A stretch of 64,000 bases of DNA from Thermoplasmata archaeon (lineage in GTDB: Archaea; Thermoplasmatota; Thermoplasmata; Lutacidiplasmatales; UBA184): contig DASYYY010000021.1 of assembly GCA_035933635.1 (NCBI GenBank), positions 86,918 to 150,917 on the forward strand, given 5' to 3'. Of the stretch, positions 9,777 to 18,715 are shown in pieces (position 1 is the stretch's first letter; each line of letters begins with the position of its first letter). The notes below the pieces were generated by a model, which did not search any database, had not been told where the DNA came from, and saw nothing but the letters and a program-made list of their open reading frames with translations. Made by a program: the position numbers and the translations under genes.

Positions 9777-10010
9777 ATGTCCGGCGCGATGAGCAAGAGT
9801 TCTGGCGGGGCCAAGACCGAGACCGACCGAGCGATCTCCGAGATCCTTCAGATGAACCCGCGCGGGGTCACCGTGACCCTCACGCTCCCTGTCGCCGACC
9901 GGCCCAGCCCAACGGTCACCCTCGAATGGAACCGCGAGGACACCACCATGCCGCTGAGCGAGTTGCTCAAGCGGATCGAGACCTACGTCCGCGAGTTCGG
10001 CAGCCGCTAG
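9777..10010 (+). CDS. Small hypothetical protein (77 aa)
   Basis: Intergenic ORF with non-repetitive composition (MSGAMSKSSGGAKTETDRAISEILQMNPRGVTVTLTLPV...). No family recognised. Confidence 0.3.
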   Translation: MSGAMSKSSGGAKTETDRAISEILQMNPRGVTVTLTLPVADRPSPTVTLEWNREDTTMPLSELLKRIETYVREFGSR

Positions 10011-10046
10011 GGTCCGTCGAGGAGGACCGACCCTGCCCGCTTCGGT

Positions 10047-10982
10047 TCAGCCCGGGGCGGCGGGCAGCCCGGCCCGGTTCCGCAACGAGGAATAGAACCC
10101 GCCGAACGCCGTCGCCGTTCCGGTGCGCAGCCCCTGGTTGCGGAGCGCTTCCCGGACCTCCTTGGCGTTCTGGCGCACGTCGAGCGTCTTGGCGGTGTCG
10201 AAACGGTACTGGAAGGTGCCCATCGGCCCGCGGGGGAACTGCTCCCAGTCCTTGACGCTGGTGATGCGGAGGTCGGAGTGCTTGACCCGGTCGGTCGGCG
10301 TGGTGAACGCGGGGAGCGCGAGGTGCTCGTCGGACAGCCACATCAGCGTGGCCTCGCGGACCGCCTGCTCGGAGAGGTCGTCGAGACCGCCGTTGGGGGC
10401 GACCTGGTTGCGGACCCAGCCGGCGAGCGCTTCGAAGGTACGCTCGGAGTTCTCCTCCAGGAGCTGCAGGACCGCCTGGCGGATGGCCACCCGGCGGAGC
10501 AGTTGGATGCCGGTGTCGGAGCCGCGATAATCGGCGCTGAGCCCGATGAGCGCCTCGCTGTTCTCGGGAAGGTCCTTGAGCGTGAGGACGGTCAGCGGCG
10601 TGGGCGCCTCGGTGCCGGAGAGGTGCCAGAGGGAGAACTCCTGGCCGTTCGTGATGAGAAGCAATGGCGCCTTGACCGTCTGGGCCATCTTGCCCGCATC
10701 CTCGGGATCCGTGGCGCTCACTCCCGGGCGGCGCACGTCGACCAGCACGCGGGGTTGGCCGTGGGCGTCCAAGAGCGCGTAGTCGGCGTGCTCGGTCTTG
10801 CTGACCGGATAGTCGAGGTAGACCTGCTTCTTGTCCGAGGGGTCCCAGCCCAAGGCGACGAGGAAGGGGGCGACGATCCAGTGCTTGACCTGCTGATCGG
10901 TGAGCTCCTGTACATCCCGGAGGGTCTCGTTGGCGACGAGATAGTAGTCGGCGAGGCGGCGGGAGAGCTCGTTAGACTCCAT
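10047..10982 (-). CDS. Hypothetical protein with type I restriction enzyme R-subunit N-terminal (HSDR_N)-like domain
   Basis: Start taken as MESNELSRRL (ATG at 10982). The upstream part of ORF 10047..12014 overlaps the epimerase gene in another frame. Motif QQVKHWIVAPFLVALGWD resembles the HSDR_N/Mrr-type recognition fold. No ATPase or helicase part is present. Confidence 0.5.
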   Translation of the reverse strand: MESNELSRRLADYYLVANETLRDVQELTDQQVKHWIVAPFLVALGWDPSDKKQVYLDYPVSKTEHADYALLDAHGQPRVLVDVRRPGVSATDPEDAGKMAQTVKAPLLLITNGQEFSLWHLSGTEAPTPLTVLTLKDLPENSEALIGLSADYRGSDTGIQLLRRVAIRQAVLQLLEENSERTFEALAGWVRNQVAPNGGLDDLSEQAVREATLMWLSDEHLALPAFTTPTDRVKHSDLRITSVKDWEQFPRGPMGTFQYRFDTAKTLDVRQNAKEVREALRNQGLRTGTATAFGGFYSSLRNRAGLPAAPG

Positions 10983-11008
10983 CGAACGTTGTTGGCGCGG
11001 TTCGGGGC

Positions 11009-11929
11009 TTAAATCTGCGCCCGCTCCGTCGGCGAACGGAGCCGCCGGGCCTCCGCGTCGAGGTACGGTTCGACCCGGGCGAGCGGCGGACCGTTCAGCG
11101 GCTGCGCCGGCAGCCCGAGCCGGTCGCTCATGAGCCACTCGACCTCGTACGGATACAGCAGCTTCGAACCGAACGTCGTCATCAGGCGGGCGAGCGCCAT
11201 CGCGCCCCCCCGCGACAGGCGGACGTAACGTGGCGGGCGCTGGAGCGCAGCGAACAGGCGATCGGTCAGGTCCCGGTAAACATAGCTCGACGGACCCCCC
11301 AGGTCCACGGTCCCGACCTCGCTCGACTCGGCGGCGGCACGCAGGTACCGGGCCAGGTCCTCGACGGCGAGTGGGCTGACATGGTAGGCCCCGTCTCCGA
11401 ACATCGGGAACCGATGGTACCGCTCCATCAAGCGGAGCATCACCCCCAGCAAGCGGTCGCCCGGACCGAACAACATCGTCGGGCGGAGGATCCGATAGGA
11501 CAGGCCGCTCTCCGACAGCGCCCGGTCGAATCGGCGCTTCAGATTCAGGTAGGGCAGATCGGTCTCGAGCCGGGCGGGTGCGGCGGGTACGCTCACGTGG
11601 AGAAATCTCGGCTGCGTCCCCGACCGGCACGCGTCGAGCAGACGTTCGAGTCCCGCCTCGAGCTCGCGGAAAACGCGTGGGCTCTCCCAGCGGTACCACG
11701 CGAGGTTGAGGACGCAGTCGACGTCGGCGACGAGCGGCGACCAGTCCTCCACCGCCGCCACGTCGGCCGGGATCCACTCGATCTCCGGGCCCCGCTCGGC
11801 GGCGACGGCGTGTCGATGGACCGAGCGGATCGCCCAGTCCGGTCGGAACGCGCTGAGGACGCTGCGCCCGACGAGCCCGCCCCCTCCGCCGACGAGGAGG
11901 AGCCGGCGGCCGGGGCAAGGGGTGCTCAT
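11009..11929 (-). CDS. NAD(P)-dependent epimerase/dehydratase (NmrA/SDR-like) family protein
   Basis: Start MSTPCPGRRLLLVGGGGGLVGRSVL (Rossmann Gly-rich loop). ATG at 11929 gives a 4-bp overlap with the lipB stop. Confidence 0.7.
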   Translation of the reverse strand: MSTPCPGRRLLLVGGGGGLVGRSVLSAFRPDWAIRSVHRHAVAAERGPEIEWIPADVAAVEDWSPLVADVDCVLNLAWYRWESPRVFRELEAGLERLLDACRSGTQPRFLHVSVPAAPARLETDLPYLNLKRRFDRALSESGLSYRILRPTMLFGPGDRLLGVMLRLMERYHRFPMFGDGAYHVSPLAVEDLARYLRAAAESSEVGTVDLGGPSSYVYRDLTDRLFAALQRPPRYVRLSRGGAMALARLMTTFGSKLLYPYEVEWLMSDRLGLPAQPLNGPPLARVEPYLDAEARRLRSPTERAQI

Positions 11930-12597
11930 CCGGCCGCGCCGGAGACCGGCATCGGTGGCGCGGCGATCGGTCCGATCGGCGGGGCCCCCGGGGCGAACAG
12001 CTCGCCGAACGCACGGACCAACGGTGGTTTGAGCGCCGCGACGGAAATCGGGCGGGCCAGTTCGCGCTCGACGGAGGTCATCACGCGTCCATCGAATCCG
12101 CAGGGGTGGAACGCGGCGAACGGCGCGAGGTCGTTGGTAACGTTGAGCGCGAGGCCATGGAAGGTGACCCACTCCTCGACGGCGATCCCGACCGAGGCGA
12201 TCTTGCGCTCGCCGTCGACCCAGACGCCCCGGCGGCCCGTGACCCGGCCGGCGGTCAGGCCCACCGTGGCCAGCGTGCGGACGACGAGCTCCTCGGTCTC
12301 GTGGACGAAGCGACGCACATCGCGTCCGCGCCGGTCGAGGTCCACGATCGGGTACGCGACGAGCTGGCCGGGGCCGTGGTAGGTGCTCTTGCCGCCCCGC
12401 TCGACCGAGACGACGGCGATGCCGGGAGGGAGCATCTCTCCGTCGCCGCCCTGAACTCCGACGGTGATCACCGGTGGATGCTCGACCAGGATGAGGGTAT
12501 CCGGGATCTCGCCGCGGCGCCGCTGCGCGCGCATTCGACGCATCTCGGCGAGCGCGTCGGTGTACTCCCGGAGGCCCCAGTCAACCGACGCGGGCAT
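11926..12597 (-). CDS. lipB: Lipoyl(octanoyl) transferase LipB
   Basis: RGGKSTYHGPGQLVAYPIVDL is the LipB signature. Lies immediately downstream of the 2-oxoacid dehydrogenase genes. Confidence 0.85.
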   Translation of the reverse strand: MPASVDWGLREYTDALAEMRRMRAQRRRGEIPDTLILVEHPPVITVGVQGGDGEMLPPGIAVVSVERGGKSTYHGPGQLVAYPIVDLDRRGRDVRRFVHETEELVVRTLATVGLTAGRVTGRRGVWVDGERKIASVGIAVEEWVTFHGLALNVTNDLAPFAAFHPCGFDGRVMTSVERELARPISVAALKPPLVRAFGELFAPGAPPIGPIAAPPMPVSGAAG

Positions 12598-14023
12598 GCT
12601 CCCGTCGCATGGAAACGTGCATCGGCTCGTTGAGCCACAGCAGGGCGGCCTCCTGGACCATCTCGGAGAAGGTCGGGTGCGGGTGGATCGTCAGCGCCAC
12701 GTCCCGTACCATCGCGCCCAGTTCGATGGCGAGCGCCGCCTCAGCGGCGAACTCCCCACAGCTCTCCCCGGCGGCGTGGACCCCGAGCAGCAGGCCGGTG
12801 GCGTCGTCCCCGACCACCTTGAGCCAGCCGCCCGTGGCGTGGTAGGCGTGGGCCCGACCCAGCGCCGCGTACGGAAAGCGGACCTCCCGGGCGTTGTGGC
12901 CCTGGGCCTTGGCCTCCGCCAAAGTGAGCCCCGTGCTGGCGAGCTCCGGGCTGGTGAACACGACCGATGGGACGACCTGGAACTGGTAGCGGGTCGGACG
13001 CCCCGCGATCACCTCGGCGGCGACGATCCCCTCCCGGTAGGCCTTGTGCGCGAGCATCGGGGGTCGGCCGACGTCGCCGACGGCGTAGATGTGGGGCACA
13101 TTCGTCTGCTGCCGGTCGTTGACGGTGATGGCGCCGGTCCTCGGGTCGACGGTCACGCCCGCCTCTTCGAGACCCAGTTCTGCGGTGGCGGGCCTCTTTC
13201 CGACCGTCAGGAAGAGCTTCTCGGCGGTGAACCACTCGGTGCCGTTGGCCCCGTTCGCCGTCAGCTGGACGCCTTTGGCCGAGCGCTCGAGCTTAGTGGC
13301 CTTCGTCCCGGTGCGTACCGTCACGCCCAGTTTCTCGAGAGCGCCCGTGAGCTCGCGCGAGAGGTCCGGGTCGAGTCCGGGGAGCAACTGCGGAAGGAGC
13401 TCGAGGATGGTGACCTTCACCCCGAGATGGGCCAGGAACTCGCCGAGCTCGCATCCGCTGACGCCCCCGCCCAGTACTAGGAGCGATTCCGGCGGCGTCT
13501 CGAGGTCCAGGATCTGCCAGGCGGTCAGGACGCGCTCGCCGTCCGGCTCGAACCCGGGGATGACCGACGGGACCGACCCGGTCGCGATGATGGCGTTCTG
13601 GAAATCGATCCGCTCCCGGCCGCCGTCGTGCGCGGCGAGCTCGACCGACTTCGGACCGGTGAAGCGCGCCTCCCCAAAGAGCACCTGCGTTCCGGCCGCC
13701 TTGACCAGGGTCTGGACGCCCTGGCGCTCCTTCTCGACCACGGCCCGCTTGGCCGCCTGCGCCTTCGCGAGATCGAACTGCACGCCGCCGGTGACCAGGC
13801 CCAGCTCGCTCCCTTGCGTCAGTACCTGGTGGTACAGCGCACCGGAGTGGATGAGCGCCTTCGAGGGGATACAGCCGCGGTTGAGACATTCCCCGCCGAG
13901 GTCCTTGCGCTCGAGCACGACCGCCTTTCGGCCAAGCTGGCCCAGCCGGATCCCCGCGATGTACCCGCCGGGGCCTCCGCCGAGGATGACGGTCTCGGTC
14001 TGCCGCGCGTAGGTGCCGGCCAC
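12581..14023 (-). CDS. lpdA: Dihydrolipoamide dehydrogenase (E3)
   Basis: GGGPGGYIAGIRLGQLG (FAD binding), redox-active disulfide GGECLNRGCIPSK, and a C-terminal dimerisation HPTFSE motif. Confidence 0.9.
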   Translation of the reverse strand: MAGTYARQTETVILGGGPGGYIAGIRLGQLGRKAVVLERKDLGGECLNRGCIPSKALIHSGALYHQVLTQGSELGLVTGGVQFDLAKAQAAKRAVVEKERQGVQTLVKAAGTQVLFGEARFTGPKSVELAAHDGGRERIDFQNAIIATGSVPSVIPGFEPDGERVLTAWQILDLETPPESLLVLGGGVSGCELGEFLAHLGVKVTILELLPQLLPGLDPDLSRELTGALEKLGVTVRTGTKATKLERSAKGVQLTANGANGTEWFTAEKLFLTVGKRPATAELGLEEAGVTVDPRTGAITVNDRQQTNVPHIYAVGDVGRPPMLAHKAYREGIVAAEVIAGRPTRYQFQVVPSVVFTSPELASTGLTLAEAKAQGHNAREVRFPYAALGRAHAYHATGGWLKVVGDDATGLLLGVHAAGESCGEFAAEAALAIELGAMVRDVALTIHPHPTFSEMVQEAALLWLNEPMHVSMRREHARVG

Positions 14024-14025
14024 GG

Positions 14026-15099
14026 TCAGGCCACCTCGGGAGCGTGGGCCGTAGCGGCTCGGGCCGGTGCCCAGACATCGCTGGTCAGGGTCTCGGGCCG
14101 CGGCGCCGGGACCGATTCGGCGGCGGCGACCGCACGCTTGACCTCTGCCTCGGCGTCGTCGAGCATCGCCTTGCGGTCCGGCTCGGCCAGGAGTCCGAGC
14201 TCATCGACGAGTCGCTCCAGACGCCGGTAGGGGTCGTGGGCGAGGGCGCGGGCCATCCAGTCCGCCGACTGGTAACGCGTCGGGTCGTCGGAGCTCGAGT
14301 GGGGCGTCATCCGGAAGAGCACGAATTCCAGCATCGACGGTCCGCCCCCCCGACGGGCGTGGTCGATCGCGGCGCCCAGGTCGTGCATCACCGCGACGAC
14401 ATCCGTGCCGTCGACGGTCCGGCCGGGTATCCCGTACGCCTCGGCCTTGACGGAGAGATGTTCGACGTGGGTCTGCTGGGAGACGGGCACGGAGATCGCC
14501 CACTGATTGTTCGTGCAGCAGAAGACCACCGGCAGGCCGTACACTCCCGCGAAATTCAACCCCGCGTGGAAATCGTTCGCGGAGGTCGCCCCGTCCCCGA
14601 AGAACGTCAGCGCCACGGCCGCTTCCCGACGCCGTCGCAGCGCGTACCCGATCCCGACCCCGTGGGTCACCTGGGTGCCGATCACGCTCGACATCGACAC
14701 ATAATGGACCTCTCGGGCGGTCGGATGGCAGGGCATCTGTCGCCCCCGCGCCGGGTCGCGATCGTTGGCGAACAGGTGGTCGACGTAGCGCTCGAGGGAG
14801 TGGCCACGCACCAGCGCGACCAGCTGCTCGCGTAGTCCCGGGATGATCCAGTCCTCGGGACGGCTGACGAGCCCCGCGCCCACGCTGACCGCCTCCTGGC
14901 CCGTCGCCGGGCCGTAGAACCCGATACGCCCCTGACGCTGGAGACCCAGCATTCGCGCGTCGAGGGTGCGCGCCAACGTCATCCAGCGGTAGGCGCGGAC
15001 GAGGTAGTCGCGCCAATACGGCCCCAGATTGCGTTCGAGATCCGCCGCCCCGTAGGGCAGGGGGACCACTTCCGGCGGGGCCGGCGCCTCCGGGCTCAT
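14026..15099 (-). CDS. 2-oxoacid dehydrogenase E1 component alpha subunit, second paralog
   Basis: TPP motif FFGDGATSANDFHAGLNFAGVYGLPVVFCCTNNQWAIS. ATGA overlap with the E2 stop. Second E1alpha copy in the operon. Confidence 0.85.
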   Translation of the reverse strand: MSPEAPAPPEVVPLPYGAADLERNLGPYWRDYLVRAYRWMTLARTLDARMLGLQRQGRIGFYGPATGQEAVSVGAGLVSRPEDWIIPGLREQLVALVRGHSLERYVDHLFANDRDPARGRQMPCHPTAREVHYVSMSSVIGTQVTHGVGIGYALRRRREAAVALTFFGDGATSANDFHAGLNFAGVYGLPVVFCCTNNQWAISVPVSQQTHVEHLSVKAEAYGIPGRTVDGTDVVAVMHDLGAAIDHARRGGGPSMLEFVLFRMTPHSSSDDPTRYQSADWMARALAHDPYRRLERLVDELGLLAEPDRKAMLDDAEAEVKRAVAAAESVPAPRPETLTSDVWAPARAATAHAPEVA

Positions 15100-16460
15100 G
15101 CGAGCTCGGAGAACATCAGGTGGGGATCTTCGAGGTTGGCCTTCACCACGGCGAGGAACTGGGCCCCGGTGATCCCGTCCAGCACGCGGTGGTCGAGGGA
15201 AACCGACAGGTTCATCAGATCCGCTGGGCGCAGCGTTCCGTCGGGCGCGTAGACCGGCCGTTTGACGATCCGGTGGACGCCGAGTATCGCAACCTCCGGG
15301 TAGTTCAGGATGGGCGTGGCGAGCACGCCCCCGAGCGCCCCGAGGCTGGTGATCGTGAACGTGCTCCCCGAGAGCTCCCCGCGCGTCAGCTTGCCCGACC
15401 GCCCGCGCTCGCTCAGGTCGTAGAGTTCCCGAGCGAGTTGCCCGACGCTCTTGGTGTTCGCGTCGCGGATCACCGGAACGATCAGACCGTCCGGGGTCGC
15501 CGTGGCGATCCCGAGATGGTAGCGGTGGTGAACGACGAGTTCCTGCTTGTCGTCGTCCATCGTAGCGTTCATCATCGGATACTGTCGCAAGCCGGCGACG
15601 ACACCCTTGATGACGAACGGGAGGTAGGTCAGCCGCGTCCCCTGCTTCTCCAGGTGCTTGGCCATCCGGTCGCGCGTCCGGACCAGCTCGGTCGCGTCGA
15701 CCTCCTCAACATAGGTGAAGTGGGCGGCGCGTCGCATCGCCTCGGCCATGTGCTCGGCGATCACGCGCCGCAGACCACGGATCGGCACCCGCTCGATCTC
15801 GGCGCCCGCCGGGACGGGGGCGGAAGCGGAGGCGGGAGCCGGTGCCGTTGGTGGGGAGGGTGCCGGAGCCTCGGGGGGCGGGACGGCCGGGCTCGCCGCC
15901 GGCACGGTCGCGGGGGCTGGCGGGGGGGCCGCACCGCCCGCGGCGGCGGCCAGTACGTCGGCCTCGGTGATCCGCCCGTTCGGGCCGGTTCCGCGAACGG
16001 CTCCGAGGTCGACGCCCTTCTCGGCTGCCAAGCGACGGAGGTAGGGAGCCGCCAAGACGCGACCGGCCGGAGCGGACGAGGGGGGCGCCGGTTCGGTCGG
16101 TGTGGGGGCGGAAGCCGGTGGCGGACTCGGCTCCCCTGGGCTGGGAGCCTGGCCCACCGAGACGGTGGATTCCGCGGGCGGCTCCGAAGGCGGCGGAGCG
16201 CCGGACTTCCCCCCGCTGTCCCCGGCCGTTTCGATCGTGACGAGAAGTCCCCCGACCTTGACCTTCTGGCCCTCCTGCGCGTGGATCTTCGAGATGCGAC
16301 CGGCACGCGGCGAGGGGATCTCGACGTTGGCCTTGTCGGTCAGGACCGAGACGAGCGGCGCGTCCTCGGCGATCGCGTCGCCCTCCTTGACGTACCACTT
16401 GACGACCTCGCCCTCGGCGACGCCCTCGCCGATGTCCGGCAGCTTGAACTCGAACGCCAT
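15096..16460 (-). CDS. Dihydrolipoamide acyltransferase (E2)
   Basis: Lipoyl domain (MAFEFKLPDIGEGVAEGEVVKW...LTDKANVEI), Ala/Pro-rich linkers, peripheral subunit-binding domain (AAPYLRRLAAEKGVDLGAVRGTGPNGRI) and a catalytic domain containing DHRVLDG. Confidence 0.9.
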   Translation of the reverse strand: MAFEFKLPDIGEGVAEGEVVKWYVKEGDAIAEDAPLVSVLTDKANVEIPSPRAGRISKIHAQEGQKVKVGGLLVTIETAGDSGGKSGAPPPSEPPAESTVSVGQAPSPGEPSPPPASAPTPTEPAPPSSAPAGRVLAAPYLRRLAAEKGVDLGAVRGTGPNGRITEADVLAAAAGGAAPPPAPATVPAASPAVPPPEAPAPSPPTAPAPASASAPVPAGAEIERVPIRGLRRVIAEHMAEAMRRAAHFTYVEEVDATELVRTRDRMAKHLEKQGTRLTYLPFVIKGVVAGLRQYPMMNATMDDDKQELVVHHRYHLGIATATPDGLIVPVIRDANTKSVGQLARELYDLSERGRSGKLTRGELSGSTFTITSLGALGGVLATPILNYPEVAILGVHRIVKRPVYAPDGTLRPADLMNLSVSLDHRVLDGITGAQFLAVVKANLEDPHLMFSELA

Positions 16461-16472
16461 GGTGGCCCACCC

Positions 16473-17450
16473 CTAGCCGGCCCTCGCCGCGGTCTTGATC
16501 GCATGCGCGATCCGCTCGGGCCCGGGCAGGTAGACGTTCTCGAGGGCGTAGGGGAACGGAGTGTCCCAGCCGGTGACCCGAAGGACGGGCGCCTTGAGCG
16601 AGTAGAGGCACTTCTCGGCGAGGATGGCCGCCAGCTCCGCACCGTAGCCGCAGAACCTCGGGGCTTCGTGGACGATGACCGCGCGACCGGTCTTCTCGAC
16701 CGACGCCACGACCGCCGCCTCATCGAGCGGTACCAGCGTGCGGAGGTCGACGACCTCGGCGTCGATCCCCTCCGCCGCGAGCGACTCCGCCGCCTGCATC
16801 GACGGTGGGATCATCGCTCCGTAGGCGAAGACCGAGACGGTCGAGCCCGGTCGGACGACCTGCGCGGATCCGATCGGGACGCGGTGGTCCCCTTCGGGAA
16901 CCTCCCCGGTGACCGCCCGGTAGATCCGCTTGGGCTCGAAGAACAGCACCGGGTCCTCGTCGTGGATGGCACTGAGCAACAGTCCCTTGGCATCGGCGGG
17001 GTTGCTCGGGATGACCACCTTCAGTCCGGCGGTGTGCGCGAAGTAGGCCTCGGCGCTCTGAGAGTGGTAGAGCCCGCCCTTGATGCCACCTCCGTACGGC
17101 GTCCGGATCACGACGTGGCAGGGGTACTGTCCGCCCGAACGGTAGCGGAACTTGGCGAGCTCGCTGACGATCTGGTCGAAGGCGGGATAGATGAAGTCCT
17201 GGAACTGGATCTCGGGAACCGGTTTGAGCCCGTAGAGCGCCATCCCGATCGCGGTGCCGATGATACCGGTCTCCGACAGCGGTGTGTCGATGACCCGGTC
17301 GGCCCCGAACTCCTTCTGGAGCCCCTCGGTCGCACGGAACACACCTCCGTTGACCCCGATGTCCTCGCCCAGCAGCAGGACATCGTCGTCGGTGCGGAGC
17401 GCGTGCTGCAATCCCCGATTGACCGCTTGGACGAGCGTGAGTTCCGTCAT
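16473..17450 (-). CDS. 2-oxoacid dehydrogenase E1 component beta subunit
   Basis: Start MTELTLVQAVN (ATG at 17450, ATGA overlap with the E1alpha stop). Transketolase-like pyrimidine and C-terminal domains. ORF-track entry 16473..17618 trimmed. Confidence 0.9.
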   Translation of the reverse strand: MTELTLVQAVNRGLQHALRTDDDVLLLGEDIGVNGGVFRATEGLQKEFGADRVIDTPLSETGIIGTAIGMALYGLKPVPEIQFQDFIYPAFDQIVSELAKFRYRSGGQYPCHVVIRTPYGGGIKGGLYHSQSAEAYFAHTAGLKVVIPSNPADAKGLLLSAIHDEDPVLFFEPKRIYRAVTGEVPEGDHRVPIGSAQVVRPGSTVSVFAYGAMIPPSMQAAESLAAEGIDAEVVDLRTLVPLDEAAVVASVEKTGRAVIVHEAPRFCGYGAELAAILAEKCLYSLKAPVLRVTGWDTPFPYALENVYLPGPERIAHAIKTAARAG

Positions 17451-18526
17451 GGCCGTACGACTCCCTGATTGAACAACTGCTCGAGCTCGCGCCGTTCCTC
17501 CTGGAGCAGCGGCGGCTGCGAGCCGAAGACGTCGTCGAAGATCGACATCGGTGGGACCGGCCCGACCGACTCGGACTTCTGGACCGCCTTGGACAGGAGC
17601 TCCTTGGCCGATTCCCACAGCGCCGTGTCGGCCGCCTCGGTCAGCGTCCCGGCATCGAGCAGCTCCCGCTTCAGCCGGGCGATGGGGTCCTTGGCCTTCC
17701 AGTCGGCCAGCTCGGCGTCGGTACGGTAGCGTTTGGGATCGTCGGAGGTGGAGTGCGGGCCCAGACGGTAGACCTGCGCCTCGATCAGCGTCGGCCCTCC
17801 GCCGGACAGCGCACGGTTGCGGGCCTCAGTGACGGCGCGGTAGACCGCCCGCACGTCCATCCCGTCGACCACGACGCCCGCAATGCCGTAGGCGATCGCC
17901 TTCTCGGCGAGCGTCTTGCTGTGGGTCTGCTTCTCGCGTGGGAGCGAGATCGCCCACTGGTTGTTCTGGCAGAAGAAGATCGTCGGGGTTTGGAAGACCC
18001 CGGCGAAGTTCAATCCCGCGTGGAAGTCGTTCGAGCTGGTCGTTCCATCGCCGAAGAAGGTGATCGTGATGTGCGAGGCCCCCTTGCGCTGCGCGGCCAT
18101 CGCCGCCCCGACCGCGTGGGAGATCTGCGTCCCGACCGGACTCGAGGCCGTGACGAAATTGAACCGTCGGTACCCGTAGTGGTTGGGCATCTGCCGGCCC
18201 TTGAGCTCATCGCCGCTGTTGCCGAACAGCTGGTCGAGCACGAGCTGGAGCGGGATCCCACGGACGAGGGCGACGCCGAGCTCCCGGTAGGCCGGGAAGA
18301 TCCAGTCCTCGGGTTTGAGCGCCCAGGCGCAGCCGACCTGGGCGGCCTCCTGGCCCTGCAACGGGACGTAGAAGCCGATACGGCCCTGACGCTGGAGGGT
18401 CAGGCACCGCTCGTCCGTGACGCGGACGACGACCATCGCCTGGTACGCCTTGAGCAACTGTTCCGAGGGAAACTCGGGGTCCTGGGGGGTAGCCACCGAG
18501 CTCGGAACGACCGAAGCCTCACCCAC
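17447..18526 (-). CDS. 2-oxoacid dehydrogenase E1 component alpha subunit
   Basis: FFGDGTTSSNDFHAGLNFAGVFQTPTIFFCQNNQWAIS TPP motif. GTG start at 18526. First gene of the operon. Confidence 0.85.
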   Translation of the reverse strand: MGEASVVPSSVATPQDPEFPSEQLLKAYQAMVVVRVTDERCLTLQRQGRIGFYVPLQGQEAAQVGCAWALKPEDWIFPAYRELGVALVRGIPLQLVLDQLFGNSGDELKGRQMPNHYGYRRFNFVTASSPVGTQISHAVGAAMAAQRKGASHITITFFGDGTTSSNDFHAGLNFAGVFQTPTIFFCQNNQWAISLPREKQTHSKTLAEKAIAYGIAGVVVDGMDVRAVYRAVTEARNRALSGGGPTLIEAQVYRLGPHSTSDDPKRYRTDAELADWKAKDPIARLKRELLDAGTLTEAADTALWESAKELLSKAVQKSESVGPVPPMSIFDDVFGSQPPLLQEERRELEQLFNQGVVRP

Positions 18527-18549
18527 GGGGCAACCCTAGGCAACCGAGC

Positions 18550-18700
18550 CGGGGTGCCGATATAACGCTACGGCCGAGGAGGCGACGCTCGAGCACCCCG
18601 ACGTCGTTGGCTGCGGTTCGCCGGTCTCTCCCCGAGCGAAACCGTCGTCGACAGTGGCGTTTCGTACGGGTACCGCAAAGGGTGATTATCCCCCGACCAC
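18550..18700. promoter_or_regulatory. Divergent promoter region with TATA-like elements (cgTTATATCgg for E1alpha, gTGATTATCc for ABC ATPase)
   Basis: In this ~68 % GC DNA, AT-rich hexamers lie about 25–40 nt upstream of both divergently oriented start codons. This is consistent with archaeal TATA boxes and short-leader or leaderless mRNAs. Confidence 0.3.
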
Positions 18701-18715
18701 CGGGACGGTCGGACC

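Noticed and set aside
10983-12014. N-terminal two-thirds of ORF 10047..12014 (655 aa)
   Set aside because: This part is an Arg/Pro-rich translation in a frame overlapping the well-supported epimerase gene (11009..11929). A real protein starts at MESNELS (10982).
15120-17468. 782-aa + strand ORF across E2 and E1beta
   Set aside because: Antisense to strongly conserved E2/E1beta coding sequence. Low-complexity translation.
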